A DNA stretch of 62,917 nucleotides, the filler included, from Circinaria calcarea (Eukaryota), in NCBI GenBank assembly GCA_051942165.1. It is 6 parts of 6 records of this genome, joined end to end, with 100 filler letters (N's around TTAATTAATTAA, not from the genome) between each part and the next. Parts side by side here need not be neighbours in the genome. Positions count along the whole stretch, not along the records: positions 10,522 to 20,926 come from JAVECS010000809.1; positions 21,027 to 31,427 come from JAVECS010000810.1; 4 more parts are not named here. The stretch is one strand, 5' to 3'. Positions 12,094 to 25,591 of the stretch are shown here, piece after piece. A program made the position numbers and the translations under genes. Under the pieces are notes generated by a model, which was given only the letters and a program-made list of their open reading frames with translations, was not told the DNA's origin and did no database searches. The stretch's first letter is position 1. The number at the start of each line of letters is the position of its first letter.

Positions 12094-13989
12094 GTTGATC
12101 GTCTGGGAGACACCGTCTTGACGACGAATCGTTGCGAGATCAGGTCTACGATAACACTACGCTTGGCCGCACTAATATCATTGATGAGATAGCTTTATGA
12201 GTACAATATAGATTGAGAGCTTATTTGATAGAGGTGTTGATCAGCTTGCTGAAAGCGGCGGTTTTCTCTTTCATTCATTTCTGAGCCCATAGGGTCTTGA
12301 TATGCTGGTTTCACCGGCGTTTAGTAGTCGAAAGAAGCCTCATGGTTGGGAATTCGGCCGCCGAGCCGAAAGGATAAACCCTTTTTCTATTAGCGCGATC
12401 AAGTCGGGTTAGACAAAGTATCCGCCTTTTCACCTGGGTCACAGGATCATCAAAAAGTCACGTGAACTCTCTCATGTCCGTTATCTCCGGTGTATTGTAA
12501 ATAGCTCCACCAAGGTGTGGATAGCTTCATTGTTCAACTATTCATGCTATCCCAGGATTTTTCACCTTTGTTCTATGACAGAATAATAACAACACTCCAA
12601 GATCATTAGGATAGCCTCCTAAGATCTCGCTGTCGCCTCTTATGCAGTTTTGAATGCAACCAGCTGTTTACCACCTAATCGAACAACGTCCCCAAGCCTT
12701 ACCTCGCCTACCAATTGCAATTATAAGTACTTTTGACACAGTCCACCTGGAAAGCCTTTTATTAGAACGTTTTACACCTGAGTTTGACTGCTTATCAGCT
12801 CGAAAACCCCCCGCTGTCGGCTTATCTTCTCCATTAATATTCGAATAGCATCATGTCAGCTCGGTCATTCGATTTGACCCCTCTTATTGACCAGAATAAA
12901 ATAATAATAAGATTGACGACCGAGATTACACATCTTATTCAACGAATATCCGTCGCTAAGCCATCTCCTGAACAGACAAATGGGCTCCCAAATAACTATT
13001 CGAACGCCTCTTTTGAAGCCAAAACACGCCACCTGAACGTCGCTTCTAAGCACCAAACGAGCTCTCCGATCGCCCCTGCTGGAGCTCCCACAAAGCTCAT
13101 TTATGATCCCAATTTAAACTCAGCAGCTCCTACCCTAGCAGCATTCAAATTTCAGTACGTTCGAAAGCTTTCATTAATCAAATTTAATGGAAGTCACTAT
13201 GGGAAAACACCTGGTCAAACTCATTATCAGCTTTTAAATAATGTCATCTTGCAGTAAGCACATCTCGACAAGATGTTCACTTATCAGCCCTCATGATATT
13301 GGAAATCATAGGGCTTACCGAGGCATGTGTTGCATAGGAGGTCCATGCTCAACACTTCTATACGTATCATCAAAGCACTTTTTCGCTGCATAGATAGCCT
13401 AGTTAGTTACATACTCGTACATAGCATAAATGCCATCACACATTATTGCATATTCAACAGAAAGCTTATACGCTGACCCCAGCAACCCGAGGTCTGCCTC
13501 CATCCCTCATCGGTCAGAATTTTGTCATGCTGCGATATTTGAATGTGAAGTCGATCTGGCTGGATAGTATTCCACGCCCAAAAGCGAAGGAGACGCAGCA
13601 AGAACTTCAGCTTTTGGAGAATCCAGAAATGGGCTTGATCTTTTCAAGAGAGTAGAATCCACTTATATGCGTGAGTGGCTTATCATTGATCTCGTCTTTC
13701 ACCGAATTTAGCACTCGATCAATTTCGGTAGATAAAATAAGAAAGTATATGCCTAATATAGCACGAACATAATTAGAATAATCACATAACGGGTCGTTCT
13801 GGTTTTTGATTAAATAAAAAATCAATTCACAGACCGTGCCGTCTTCTTATTATGAATTTAATAGCTATTATAGAATTCCCATCACGTCGTTACCATTGGC
13901 TCGCCCTTAAAATTTGATTTTCAGGACTTTTCCACTATCATAACATTCCATGGTATCAATACCGACTTCATGATTGGAAAACCATGGGG

Positions 13990-15784
13990 TCAGACATGGG
14001 TCGTTCGGGGATTGACACGGCGATTCTGTAGCCAGGAAGCGAGCCTCTCTCCAAAAACGCGTTGCCGAAAAACGACTTGAATTAGTAGCGCGACAAACAT
14101 CATTATGGCCATGAAAGCTTGTGTTGCCTTAGGTAGTCTGAAAATGAGTTCAAGCTTTTTGAAGCGTAGTAAGAAGCCCGCGCTTCTCTTCTTCTCTTGG
14201 AATTTGCTGGTCATGGAATACCATATAGTGGATAAGAACATCACAAATAGGCTAAGAGGCACAGCAGTCATCCAGAATATACCGAAGTTTTTTGCCACGA
14301 CCATTTTCCCGCTAGCGGCATTGAAGTTGAAGAAAGAGGATCCAAATATCGTCTGCTTAGTATCAGGTTCTATATTTATTGACCGAATAGGTGAGCTACA
14401 TACCGCCAGTGCAGTGGTTGGAAGAAATACCATTGTCATATTGGCAATGAGTTTCATAGCTTGACTGTCCTCTTTCAGTGCATTGCTGTCTCTCTGGCTG
14501 ACGGTATTAAAAGCCTTCGCAGGAATCAGCTTGCAAGGGACGGAAGGGAACTGCCAAATTTCTTTACCAAATTGATCAAGTTCTGTACTAGACTCTCCAT
14601 GCCAGCGACCCTCAACACCAAACCTTCAAGCAATGAGGACTTATGGAGAAGCAACTCATGTACAGAACGCATGAGTCCTAGCCGCTCTGAACATGAAACA
14701 TTCGTCATGATACTTTGGTGGCCGTCACAAAGACGCTTGACCAGGGCGACAGCAGCATGACTACCTTCATTGAGGTAGATAACATGCTTGGATAAGTTGT
14801 GCAAGCCGACAAAATTGAATCCTTGCTCCGTTGATTCTCCTCCGGCTGCACAGAGAACTAGCTACTCCATTAGTTCGGACGTTGGACTATTTGGCCTCAG
14901 TACACACATGTTCTGTATGTCGAAGTACTCTTAGGACCTTGTTGATCGTCGAACTTATCTCGAGGAATATGTTTTCAGCTACTATGACTAGTAAGCTAAA
15001 AGGATCCATTAGGCCCTGTCGCCAATCAGGCCTTGGAACAAGCTGCTGCAAATGCAGCGTAAGATCAGGCGTAGAGCTAAAAATAATGAGCGTCACTTCG
15101 GTTTCTCGTATTCCGTCTTGGAATGGGTTCCTCCATCTAAGGAAATAACCCGAGCGTAACCAGGTCCAATCGCCATGATTCTGCCATGTGCCTCGAGGGT
15201 CGCTAATAAACGGATTGCCACTATCGTCCAAGTGGAGCTCGATGTTCTTGCATAAGAAATGGGCCCAACAGACTTGGCGGCTATTAGTAATGCGGTCGTT
15301 AAAGGGTAGGCAAATAAAAACCGGCTACCATAGGCTTGCGATCCCTGATCATCTTCCATATATGAGCCGAAGGAGTGGGTGACGGATTGCATTCGTTCTA
15401 GGATGAACTCGGATGGTACGCGATAATGCTGATAAATAGCCCGTAAGCCATGCGATCGGTCGGGCATCATAGGGTTATTGAAGTCCAAGGGTGCAAATCT
15501 GTAAGCGTCACTTAGCTCGCCGGTGCACAAAAGTCTCCACTCCCTACACCATTCTTAATTGCTTTGGACGCCGCTGTAGTAACTTTGAAACACTAATTTC
15601 CGCGGGTAGTTGAGCTACGATGCATTAGTGAGTGCGGCACAGGGACATACGTCACTAGCTTACCAGATGGCCATTCTACAAGCTTGACCAGGCATCTATC
15701 TAATCCGTTTACCGAAGGTGGCGACGTTGGGCTCCAGAACTCATCCCTTGTGTGATGTCTGGTGTTGTAGATGAAGGAGGCCAT
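13990..15784 (-). CDS. Fungal protein with CorA-like Mg2+-transporter C-terminal transmembrane region, multi-exon
   Basis: C-terminal DSQAMKLIANMTMVFLPTTALA..IFGSSFFNF..FGIFWMTAVPLSLFV. Upstream exons include HYRVPSEFILERMQSVTHSFG, WTWLRSGYFLRW and LHNLSKHVIYLNE. Start approximate. Confidence 0.7.
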
Positions 15785-16267
15785 ATTACCCTCGCAACTA
15801 CGTACCTAAATTGGAGAAGACATTCGACATCGAATACCCTACTTATCTGTGACTCAGTTTTAGCCTTTCACTGTTGTCATGAGGCTGAAGAACGTTGGCA
15901 GCTGAAGGTGTACGGGGACTGGCTCCTACAAGTAGTTGCATACTACAAATGGGGCGTCGAATCGTGCATGGCAGGGCTTTTATCCCGCATGCGTCCCCAA
16001 TCGGATTGCAGAGATTATCAGTCCTTTTTTGCAGAGCCACCCCCTTGAACTCTACCGTCTATCCATGCTAATCCAATTATAGGTGCGACAGCTCTACAGC
16101 ACAGAGATCGCGCTGTTCGGGTTGCAAAAGTGCCGAGCCTGACCAAAACCCTCATATACCGCCCTTCCCCAGAGGTTTTCGTTCCTTGCACTTTTACTTG
16201 ATAGCATATTAGTCTTTAGTAACTTTTAAATTTTCCTCCAGACATCCTTTGGTTACACGGGTCTAGG

Positions 16268-19083
16268 ATGCCAAGAGCTGACCCAAAGCCTTCTAAGAAA
16301 TCAGGCCAATCATTTTCTTCGAAGACTTTGAGCGAACAAGTCCAGGAAGGCCACGAAGGCAGCTATAATCCATCAGAAAAGACCGGCAACACGAGCTCTT
16401 CCAAAAGGCAATCTGGAGCAGCCGAAGACTCTCGTGATCCCAACGAAACAAGAGACTACCAAAGTTATACCTCTGGTGGCAAGGGCAAAAACCTAGATCC
16501 TACAGGGCATGAAGGCAGCTATAATCCCAGTGGTACCTGACAAGGACTTTAGATTCTTCGCGAAAGCTACCATCGTTTGCATACAGCATGCGCTGATCCG
16601 GCTGAGGATCATTCGAGATCGTGAAACTGCCACAATGTCTGATAAAAATTATCATGGACTCTTCGACAGCTCGCCTTCGCAAGAAGTTGGTCAAGCTGAG
16701 GAGCCTAGTGACCCAGTTCGTCGTTACCACCGAGACTTCCTGGGCAGAAAGTTTATTGGCTCCGACCTTGATGAAAAATTTCTGAACCCTTACGATGGCC
16801 GCCTTTGTTCGCTGGTTGTGCAATGTTCACGAGATGTTCGGGATTATAACTCTGGGGCGACGTGGTATCGAAGAGGTCTTCAGAATAGCAGTCCTTGGAT
16901 GATAAGAATTTCAAATTGGGCCATGAGTCGTGATGATGGTACCAAAGGCGCCGTTGATACAGATATCTACATGGCGGTTGGAAGATGGATTCCAGCTTGC
17001 GTTGCACTTTCACTGGTTGTAAGTCAAGAAAAGCGTGCAGTGACCCATGGGAGACGCTGCTAATCTCCTCTGTTAGACTAGCCTACCTATCCAAGTAGCT
17101 GCTACACCTTCCAACTTTGGCAGATACGACCCTTTTCTCTATAGAGACTGGAGATATCCGCTCGATGCACGGAACAAATTCGAGAACAGAGCTGTCGCAA
17201 GTATCGACAACCAACGTTCATACAGTCAGTCACTCAGTGTCGGCAAAAGCAAAAGGGAGAGGCTAGCCGAGCCAGATTATCTCTGCTTTGTTAAGGCTGA
17301 TAATACGGTGGAGTGGTCCAAAGTCTCGGACTGGACAGAAGCTCGAAATAAAATAACACCCACAAATTATGTCTTCATTTCCTTTACCCAAAAACAATTT
17401 CCACCTAACGAACTCAACAACCAGTACCTTCGTGATGTTGGTAAACATGCAGCTCGTACTCTCGGTGTTAATGCTTATTGGATTTCGGCGAGTTGCCTTT
17501 ACGACTTAAATGAAAAAGATGATGAAGTCATCAAGCGAGAAAAACGGCAGAGCATCTGGAACATGTCTGATATCATTCGAGGTGCAAGGGCAGTGGCCAT
17601 TGCTGTTCCCGGACCTCTTAACGCCCAAAACAACGGACCCGGTCTCGAGGTCTGGGGCACACGTGTCTGGACAATGCCGGAATTGCTGCTCTCCACTGGA
17701 CACCATTCAATACTCATTTATGAGTATAAGGAACTCGAGTATAAGAAAACCAAGAGCTTGGGTGATGTGCGAGAGCTTCAGAGACGAGAGTTGTGGAATA
17801 AGGTCTGGGACGACACTGCCCTTTCTGGACAATTGATAGACCATTATGAAGGTTCTCTCCACCTTACACCCCTCGAGCTCAACACCGTCGCTCTGCATTG
17901 CTTGCAAAACCGATGTACTACGGAGTATCTGCCGGGTGATTTAGCTTATATCCTTATGGGCCTTCTGCGACAACGGCCAGAAGTCGTAACTTCGGACAAT
18001 GAGTTTCAGGCATTTGCGCGGCTTTCTCTGGCGAATGATAGCAACCTGCTGTTGGAGAGAATGATTTGCCTGCTTCCGAAAAGCCTTGATGCGGAGTGGT
18101 GGTCTCTCGAGGACGCCTGGAATGCTACGCTATGGGACATTTATCCCAAAATCCAGATTTGCGGAATTGGAGATGGCGATACCACGATAATAGATGGCGC
18201 TCGTGCTGCTGCTATCCGCTGGGATAAGTTCGCACCAGTCCGCACATTGCAAGAAGAAACAATGCGTCACAGGCTCGTACGCTGGGCAATCCGTACCATG
18301 CCGGCCATTTTCCCTGTATGCATCGCTTGGGTCATCCTTAGCAGCGCCTTGGGTGGTAATACCGTAAACACCGTGGTTCTGATTCTTGGTAGCATCGGCC
18401 TTGCTTTCTCAGGCATCATTTTCTTTCTCTCGCCCTACCTCATACGTCAGATTTACTGCACCAAAACCCATGATTCGCAGCCATTTTTCTTTGGTTTTGA
18501 GGGCTACTTAGACAAATACCATCTTGAGCTCCTGATCTTTGGCTCATACGAAGGAAGACTCCACTGGAGTACAGCCGGTAGTCCTCTTTCACGTCACAGC
18601 CTAGCCCAAAAGGGAATGGAGGATGACTTTTCGCTGGACGAGAAATCTAGGGAAAAAGAAAATATGTGCACAGGTCTCGACCCTGTCAAGGCCGAATCAG
18701 ATGTGAAAAAGTTAGTCAAGGACGCAGCAGAAGGTAGCTCACACAAAGATAAGAAGATTTTCACACTGGTGGATACATACACCATGTCAGTCACCCTTTT
18801 CGAGGCGGTCAGACCACCGATTGCGGTCGTAATTTGTGGGGCTGAAGGCGGCATGCAACGAGCCTTGCTATGCTCGGAAGATTGGACCACAGGTACGCTG
18901 TACCGTGAGACCGTGCTGAGGATGGAAACGAGAGTTTGGGATAAGATGGATACTGTGGCGAGAGTCAGAATAGGCTTAAAGAGGAAGAATATGAAGAAGG
19001 CGATCGGAAACCCTCGGAAATTTAGAATTGTTAAGGGACCTTGGTGGAAACGGTTGGCTTATGCAATTGGCGCCCGTATTTGA
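16268..19083 (+). CDS. HET-domain-like protein with two predicted transmembrane helices; 5' exon structure uncertain
   Basis: Long ORF 17308-19083 with YVFISF, AYWISASCL, MSDIIRGARAVAI and WGTRVWTMPELLL, resembling the HET (PF06985) motif series. Hydrophobic pair IFPVCIAWVIL / VLILGSIGLAFSGIIFFL. Upstream ORFs 16268-16540 and 16509-17063 are probably 5' exons. Confidence 0.65.
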
Positions 19084-19091
19084 ATGCTTAT

Positions 19092-19262
19092 TGGAGCATG
19101 TCTCCTTACCACTCGTTCGCTTGCAGGTGAGGTCATTGGGGCTATAGCTGGTGGTAGAAAGGGGCTAAGGGGGAGCACAAGGGAACACAAGGGAGCATGG
19201 GGGAAGCATAGGGGAGCAGAAAGGGAGCAAATGGACGAAACGGGCGTTAGCGCGGGAGCAAA
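19092..19262 (+). repeat. Cluster of short GGGAGCA-type direct repeats; possible transposon end or MITE remnant
   Basis: ggggagcacaagggaacacaagggagcatgggggaagcataggggagcagaaagggagca...gggagca. A similar motif cluster occurs at 52184-52270. Confidence 0.5.
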
Positions 19263-20926
19263 AAGGCAAGACCTAAATTAGCAAACCGGTAATATATTGG
19301 CTTGAGTTCGGGTATATATCTATATATATGTACTTTATATGTTTCCCAAAAGATCAAGTGCCAGACTGACCCGTTATCCAACTAACTACTATAGGCCGTA
19401 GTGTGGTCTCCTACCGTGCCGGTTTTGGACCTGCCTTCTACCGCTGAAGATCCTTCTCAACAAAAGCGCTGCAGGAGGCTTCCCGGTAATAGTCTTCGAT
19501 TCAGCCAAAGGAGTTACAGTCAACAGAATGTATTTAGGAGAATCAAGGGGGAGCTATGGAAGTACTGTATGAGGCAAAGCAGCGTGGGGCTCTGCTAGTA
19601 TAACTTGAATTCCCATGCCAGGATGGATAGCATAGAATTGATACTATATCAATGAAGGGTAGTCATATGCTTTTGGCTGGAACATCGTCATCACAAGCCC
19701 CCTATGTTTCTAGGGGGCGTATCCACATTGACAGGTGTATTCATATTGGAGGTTTGTGTCCAGCCGCAGGTGTCTCACCCACTATCCATTGTGCCCACGA
19801 CTGGCCGCTTAGGCTCTCTTCCTTTGGCTTACCGCACTCGCCTTTCTACCCCGGAATGTACATCTCCCTCTATTCCCGACTGCACTTGTCCTCCTTTCCA
19901 TCTTCCATACCCCGTCCAAATCTTGGATTATTACATCTCTCCATCTCATTTCCGTGCGGGACAGCCCCAATATATCATTAGACTCCGTACTGGTTTTTCT
20001 CGGAGAGGGTCTCTATTGTAAGTGTAAGGATCAGCGAATTTCTAACCATTTCTTCATCGGTTTCTTTTCTGCCGATTTTCTCTTATCCTTGGTATTCTGT
20101 CCTCTGTTTTTCTGGCATTAGGGTTTCCGGGTAACATGCACATCTCCCCATCATGGTTTTTATTCTTGGTGAGGCGGTTCCCTTATCGTATCCTCGTCCT
20201 TTATGCCCATGATAGCTCTCAACTTTCCAAAGGTAGGATCTAGGCAACAGGATTGGTGCTAAAGGTAGAACTGTAGGTTTCGGGTACTATATCAATAGTA
20301 GTCTAAGCAGTAGAGATTAACCAGAGGACGGCCAAAGGGCAAGATGTACAAAGGCAATGGGCTCAAGCATATCTATTCTACAGAGCATTGGCTGTCGAAA
20401 GGGTGCTAAGGGTGAACGAGGAATAAATTGAGATATCCAAGTGTGACTCGATGGCAAGATGCATGCGCATGGTGTGCATGACTCGTTTTCTTGGAGATCA
20501 TGCGTAAAACGAGTTACCCCGGAGGCCCTTTCGGACCGCCGATCCACCCGAATGTGGCCTAGCCAAAGGGGAGCTTGCTATCAACATTGACATTGACTGC
20601 TACTGTGAGTCGCATTACATACCCATACCACAACATCATTGATGCTCAGCTGCTTTATTCAACCGCGACACAGAGATGAGATCCGTCTTGTACCATCATA
20701 CCATGCAGTAGATTCGAATCCAGCATCTCACACATCGTCAGCGAAGCGACCGTGTTCCCACCGCAACGCGAGAGTAATTACCAATAACCATACCGAGAGA
20801 TTCATTGCTGCAGGCGGGCTCATCAAATTGTCGGCGACACGAGACTCAAGCGACGGTTCGTCCGTGACTGGCAAGCTCTCCTTCCGCGTATCTACGGACG
20901 GCCTCGACTCACAACTTGAACCTGAA

Positions 20927-21026
20927 NNNNNNNNNNNNNNNNNNNNNNNNNNNNNNNNNNNNNNNNNNNNTTAATTAATTAANNNNNNNNNNNNNNNNNN
21001 NNNNNNNNNNNNNNNNNNNNNNNNNN
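20927..21026. other. Artificial contig linker
   Basis: N44-TTAATTAATTAA-N44. Confidence 0.98.
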
Positions 21027-24000
21027 CCCCTCTCAACCAAACTCTTGACAATCGAGAGTCCTTCATCCGCCTTCAAACTCTTTACGGCAATGTGCAATGT
21101 CGTGGTACCATTTCTCCGTGTTGTCGCGTCTAATTTAAGTTCGAGGAAAACCCGGACTGCCTGGCTACACTGTGCCTGGACAGCCAAGTCTAAACACGAC
21201 AACCCCTCGGGCGTCATCTTGTAGACATCATCGTTTCCGAAATGCCCTAGTATACGTTCTATAATTTCCCAGGAACCGCCTTGGGCGGCATAATGAAGAA
21301 CACTTCGCCCATCCAGTGCGGTCCGCCGCAAAACAATATTCTTTTCAAGAGCTAGATCGAGGATGGTTTGTAGTGTGCAAGAATTCCCAGCAGCAGCTGC
21401 GGTCATTATCGGTGTTTCACCCTTGTGGTTGATTGCATCAATGTCAGGAATCCGTTGCGCCAACATCGTCAACATCTGCGTGCTCCCTGAAGCAGCTGCA
21501 AGGTGTAGCGGACTTGAACCGCTTTCGTCATTGACATTTGCACCGTAATCCAGTAGCTCTTTAACCACATCGAGGGAATCTGCTTCGATTGCGCTACTTA
21601 AGAGCTCTCGGTAACATCCCAATTTTATAGCATTTATTGATGCTTTAGTACTTTCCAACTCGCTCAATGCGCACGAAGCATTGAGTTCAATGGCTTTCTT
21701 GACGAACCATTCTCTGTGGGAAACCTCAATGCTATTGTCGCTCACAAAATCGAACAAATCCTTCAGCCTAAATTCTTCCGAATTACTGATATGTTCGATA
21801 TACTCTTTATGAAACTTGCTAAAAATGTCATCACTAAAAGCGACACCTGCTTCCAAGAGCATTTTTGTCATAGGGAATTCACCGTTCCTCCGCCCTGAGT
21901 CACTAGAAAAGGCAAGTGACAGAGGAGTTCCACTCTGTAGTGTCGAAAAATTCAAATCGACATGCAACTCGATTAATATACTGATAATCTTTGGTCGATC
22001 ACCTAGCGGTACCTGGAAGCCTGGCATATCGTAAACCTCCTTGATATAGAGGCATAGTGATTCAATACTTCCGATGACAAAGTGAATCGGGTGGCCCAAA
22101 GCAGTCTCTTTGTCAGGCTTCAGGCCTTTAACTTCAAGCAGCCATTGTGTTGCCTCCAGAAGACCAAGTAGACAACTCCAATGTAATACGCTCGATTCGG
22201 AAATGAGGGACATCGCCTTATCGAAGCGACATTTTAATTCAAGTTCCTCTGATCCGTCGAAGTCCTCTGATCGGTGAGCCGCTCGCACTGATATTTCCAA
22301 AGCCCATACAATGAAATTATAGGACTTCATGGGTCTGAACAGTTCGTGAATTAAATCTCGCATCGGATCTTTGTCAAGATGTGGACGAGCGTGATAATCC
22401 CAAAACCAGAACCAGGATGCATAATTAAGGAATGGATGTTCCTCCTCCAGGTGTGAAAGCTCTTCGACAGTTTCGGGATGCCCGTTTGAGAAGTTATTAA
22501 GACACAAGTATCTGAGACAGGTCTCGGAAAGCTCTAGATGAGCTTGTATCGGTACGAAGCGATAAGCCGAGAACTCTGCATCGCCTTCGCTTATTGCAAG
22601 GAGAAACTCCTTCACAGTGAAATGCGCCAGTTCAATTATATCTTGATCTGCTGAGCGTCTGATAAAGCTGCTGCATAACCTGATAATTGCGTTCTCATCG
22701 ATAAGACTATCCTCATCTAATTCCCGGGTGGTCGGACTCACGGAGAGCGCCTCGATCAGCGCTGCCACAGTGAGAGCTGTCTTGGCGCCAGCAAGCCAGT
22801 GAAGAGTTCGCCGAACAAGACTTTGATTCTTAACTCCGTTCTTATTAACAACTCTTAGGATTCGTTCATAGGTTTTTGGTAAAGTTGGAGGTAAGGAGTC
22901 CAAGGCTTCGCGGCGTTCTTTGTCACTGCTTAATTCGCACATGTAGTCAATCTGACACGCTACCCACCGAAACCTGTGCAAATTAGTGGCCGAAAGCAGA
23001 TCCTCTTAAACCTGCATAATTGATAATGTCAATGTGTTTGGAGAAACATACATTCCATCGGCCTTCTCAACCAGTTTAGCCATTATTTCTTCCTTCAACG
23101 CAGGTCTTCGGATTGATAGGCGGCCCGATTTTGTTCGCTTTTCTATTTCAGCGAGCACGTAGAGCTTGAGATCAGTACCCTTTGCAGCTATTGAGACTTT
23201 GACATAGTCTTTTAAGCAAATCCCGATATCGTATTCATCACGGCTCGCAAATATGCATTTGATGTTAGTTCGCGGAACATCCATCAGACTGGTCAGTAAT
23301 CCGACAACAATCGATCTATCCCCAGAGCATTCATCTAACCCATCGACAACGACTAAAGCATTGTCAAAGCATTCGGCCAGAGCTGATATGAGATCTCGAA
23401 GTTCCTCTAGAGCAGGCAAGGTTGAGGTTCTAACGTCGACATTGTACCGATTGTAGAAGCACTCAAGTTTCGAAAAGGCCGTTTCATCCCGATAAGCGAA
23501 TTGCTTCGCAAGAGATCCCAAGATCGTGGCCGGGTCATGCGTTGCTGAGTCTTTGTAATCGCAATAAAAGTAGGCAATAGCATTGTCCTCTACAGAAGGC
23601 TTTTGCAGTGTTTGAATAATATGTGCGATTAGAATGGTCTTGCCAGCTCCCGGGATGCCCGTTATCCACAATTTCGCATTCTTCTCTCTGTACCACAGCT
23701 TAAAGTCCTCCCCTTCAGTGAACCATAAGCCAGTCCCAGGATGGAGCAAGCCGAGGTTGGAACGCTGATGTTTCCGCGGATCGACCCTCCCAAAGAAGTC
23801 CAGAATTTTCTGCTGATGGTGCGAAGTTACGAATTCTTCCGCTATATCGTATCTACTATGCAACTTCACAAGGTCGCCTTTAATATCCTTGATATCACTA
23901 CGAACACTTGTATCGTGACGAGAGATTGCTTGTAGAAGGGCAGAGAAACCGTCTGCTTCTAAAGCCAAGCTCAGGGTTGACTTGTGCCTCTCCAATTCTT

Positions 24001-24367
24001 CGAGGAACTCCTCAGCGTCGGATTTAGATAAGGGCCAACTCAATTTATGCTTGAGAGATTTGAGCATATTTGGCGTTTTGGATGGATTATGACCACCAAG
24101 CAGCTTATCAAGCCGGTCCAGAGTAGTGAAACAGGCGTTGATATGATGCGTTTGGAATTGGGTCTGGAGTTGTTCTGTTTCAAATTGCCTCGCAAGCATT
24201 TCCAAACTCCTTAGCACTCCACCGAGGTTCGATGTCTCCTGGAGTAAAGCAGAGATTTGCTTCTTGGCATCTTTCACATTTTGTATGTAATGAAACAATC
24301 TTTCAATCACAATGTCTGCAAGGCTGATGATTCCAGCTATACTGGCAGCAACCGAAAGTGGCTCCAT
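21027..24367 (-). CDS. Fungal NLR-like STAND protein: HeLo-like N-terminus, NACHT, ankyrin repeats; 3' end truncated at the contig end
   Basis: MEPLSVAASIAGIISL...KLSWPLSK (Helo_like_N type), PGTGLWF, Walker A GIPGAGKT, Walker B VVVDGLDEC, ADGM|intron|FRWVACQID, LPPTLPKTYERIL, LAHFTVKEFL, ankyrins SSPLHLAA / GETPIMTAA / GRSVLHYAA. Confidence 0.92.
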
Positions 24368-25149
24368 GCCGATGGATCAAGGATTGCAAGCACACCAAAC
24401 GGGACAAGATGACATTAATAGAGGATATCGCGCTGAGGAAGCAGTTACCACAAAGTTTTCAATGCCCAATGCAAAAAATCAGGAAAGATAACTGCAACTA
24501 CCCAGAAAATGAGAAGCTATGGAGCAGGGTGGGAGGCTGACGTGGCTCCATACTTATTGACCTTTTTGCTCAGCCTCTTGCAAGGCTCTCCCGCCAGACG
24601 AATACATTGAGTATCACATGTCCCTCAGCCTTGCCTAGGAGCCTGCACACAAGCGAATCGCCTCCCAATAGCCGCCGACAGCTGCAGCAACCCTAGCGAT
24701 CTGTGAATGGCAGATAATCAACAAGGGCGAGACCTCGGGACAAGGTCATGGTAAGGTGGAGTATGGAGATTCCGTATTACTGGCGCACTGAATACGGTAG
24801 TGTGGCTGGCTGAGTTTTCGCCTTGGCTTCGCACTTTGCGAACCCCATAACTTACACAGCACACATAGTATATATGAATAGCACAGTAGTACTGCCTCAA
24901 TGCATTGCCCAAGTCATGCCACACAGATTGTATGACAATAACTAGTATTCGCTGATAATCCTTGTTAAAATGATTTACTCCGTATATGATAGTAAATTTC
25001 GCCGTGGACGCTTTATTCCACGCTTCTTTTTTAAGCCGCGATGATTATGTTTTACCTTCGCTGAGTACCTTTCCAGAGCGCTGCTGTCGTCTTTTTCAAC
25101 CCCCGACTGTCACGAAGTCCTCCAGACCAATCACTTAAGTACATTCACC

Positions 25150-25591
25150 AGCTACCCACTGTCAGAAAGGTCACACCGCCAGAGGAGAATCCGGCGAAGC
25201 CGTTGACGCTACCCCTAGCATCCAACGTTACTTGTGAGGCTTATGAAGACAAACTTGCAATCGTAAAAAACCGAATAAAGAGCGCCCGGAGAGACCGGTG
25301 TCTCTAACTCCGTCCGACAGAGAGTTCCAGGCTGTTGGAAGATATAGGATATGATCGATTAAAACAAAGGTATAAGCAATCTCTATTCAGTTATATGGAT
25401 TGTGAGATACTAATCGCTTCGTTTTCAGATACCCCCAGTATTCGTTCGATTCGCTTACGTCTACAATGACCATTCAAAGCATGCCATCCCCTATTCATGA
25501 GCTTATTCTCTCGATCTTCCTCCAGGGTTCCCACAAATCCCTAGCCGATCTCCCGGCTCTTCGAAATCAAGGAACGCCGTTTCGGTTTTGA
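25150..25591 (+). pseudogene. Probable gene relic (fragment of a fungal hypothetical protein)
   Basis: Intron-like GTATAAG(25370)...CTAAT...TTTTCAG(25428) followed by YPQYSFDSLTSTMTIQSMPSPIHELILSIF and an early stop at 25589-25591; upstream frames are interrupted. Confidence 0.35.

Noticed and set aside
16268..16540. GHEGSYNPS repeat ORF as a Kex2-processed RiPP precursor
   Set aside because: No signal peptide, repeats not bounded by dibasic sites, no DUF3328 gene on that contig.
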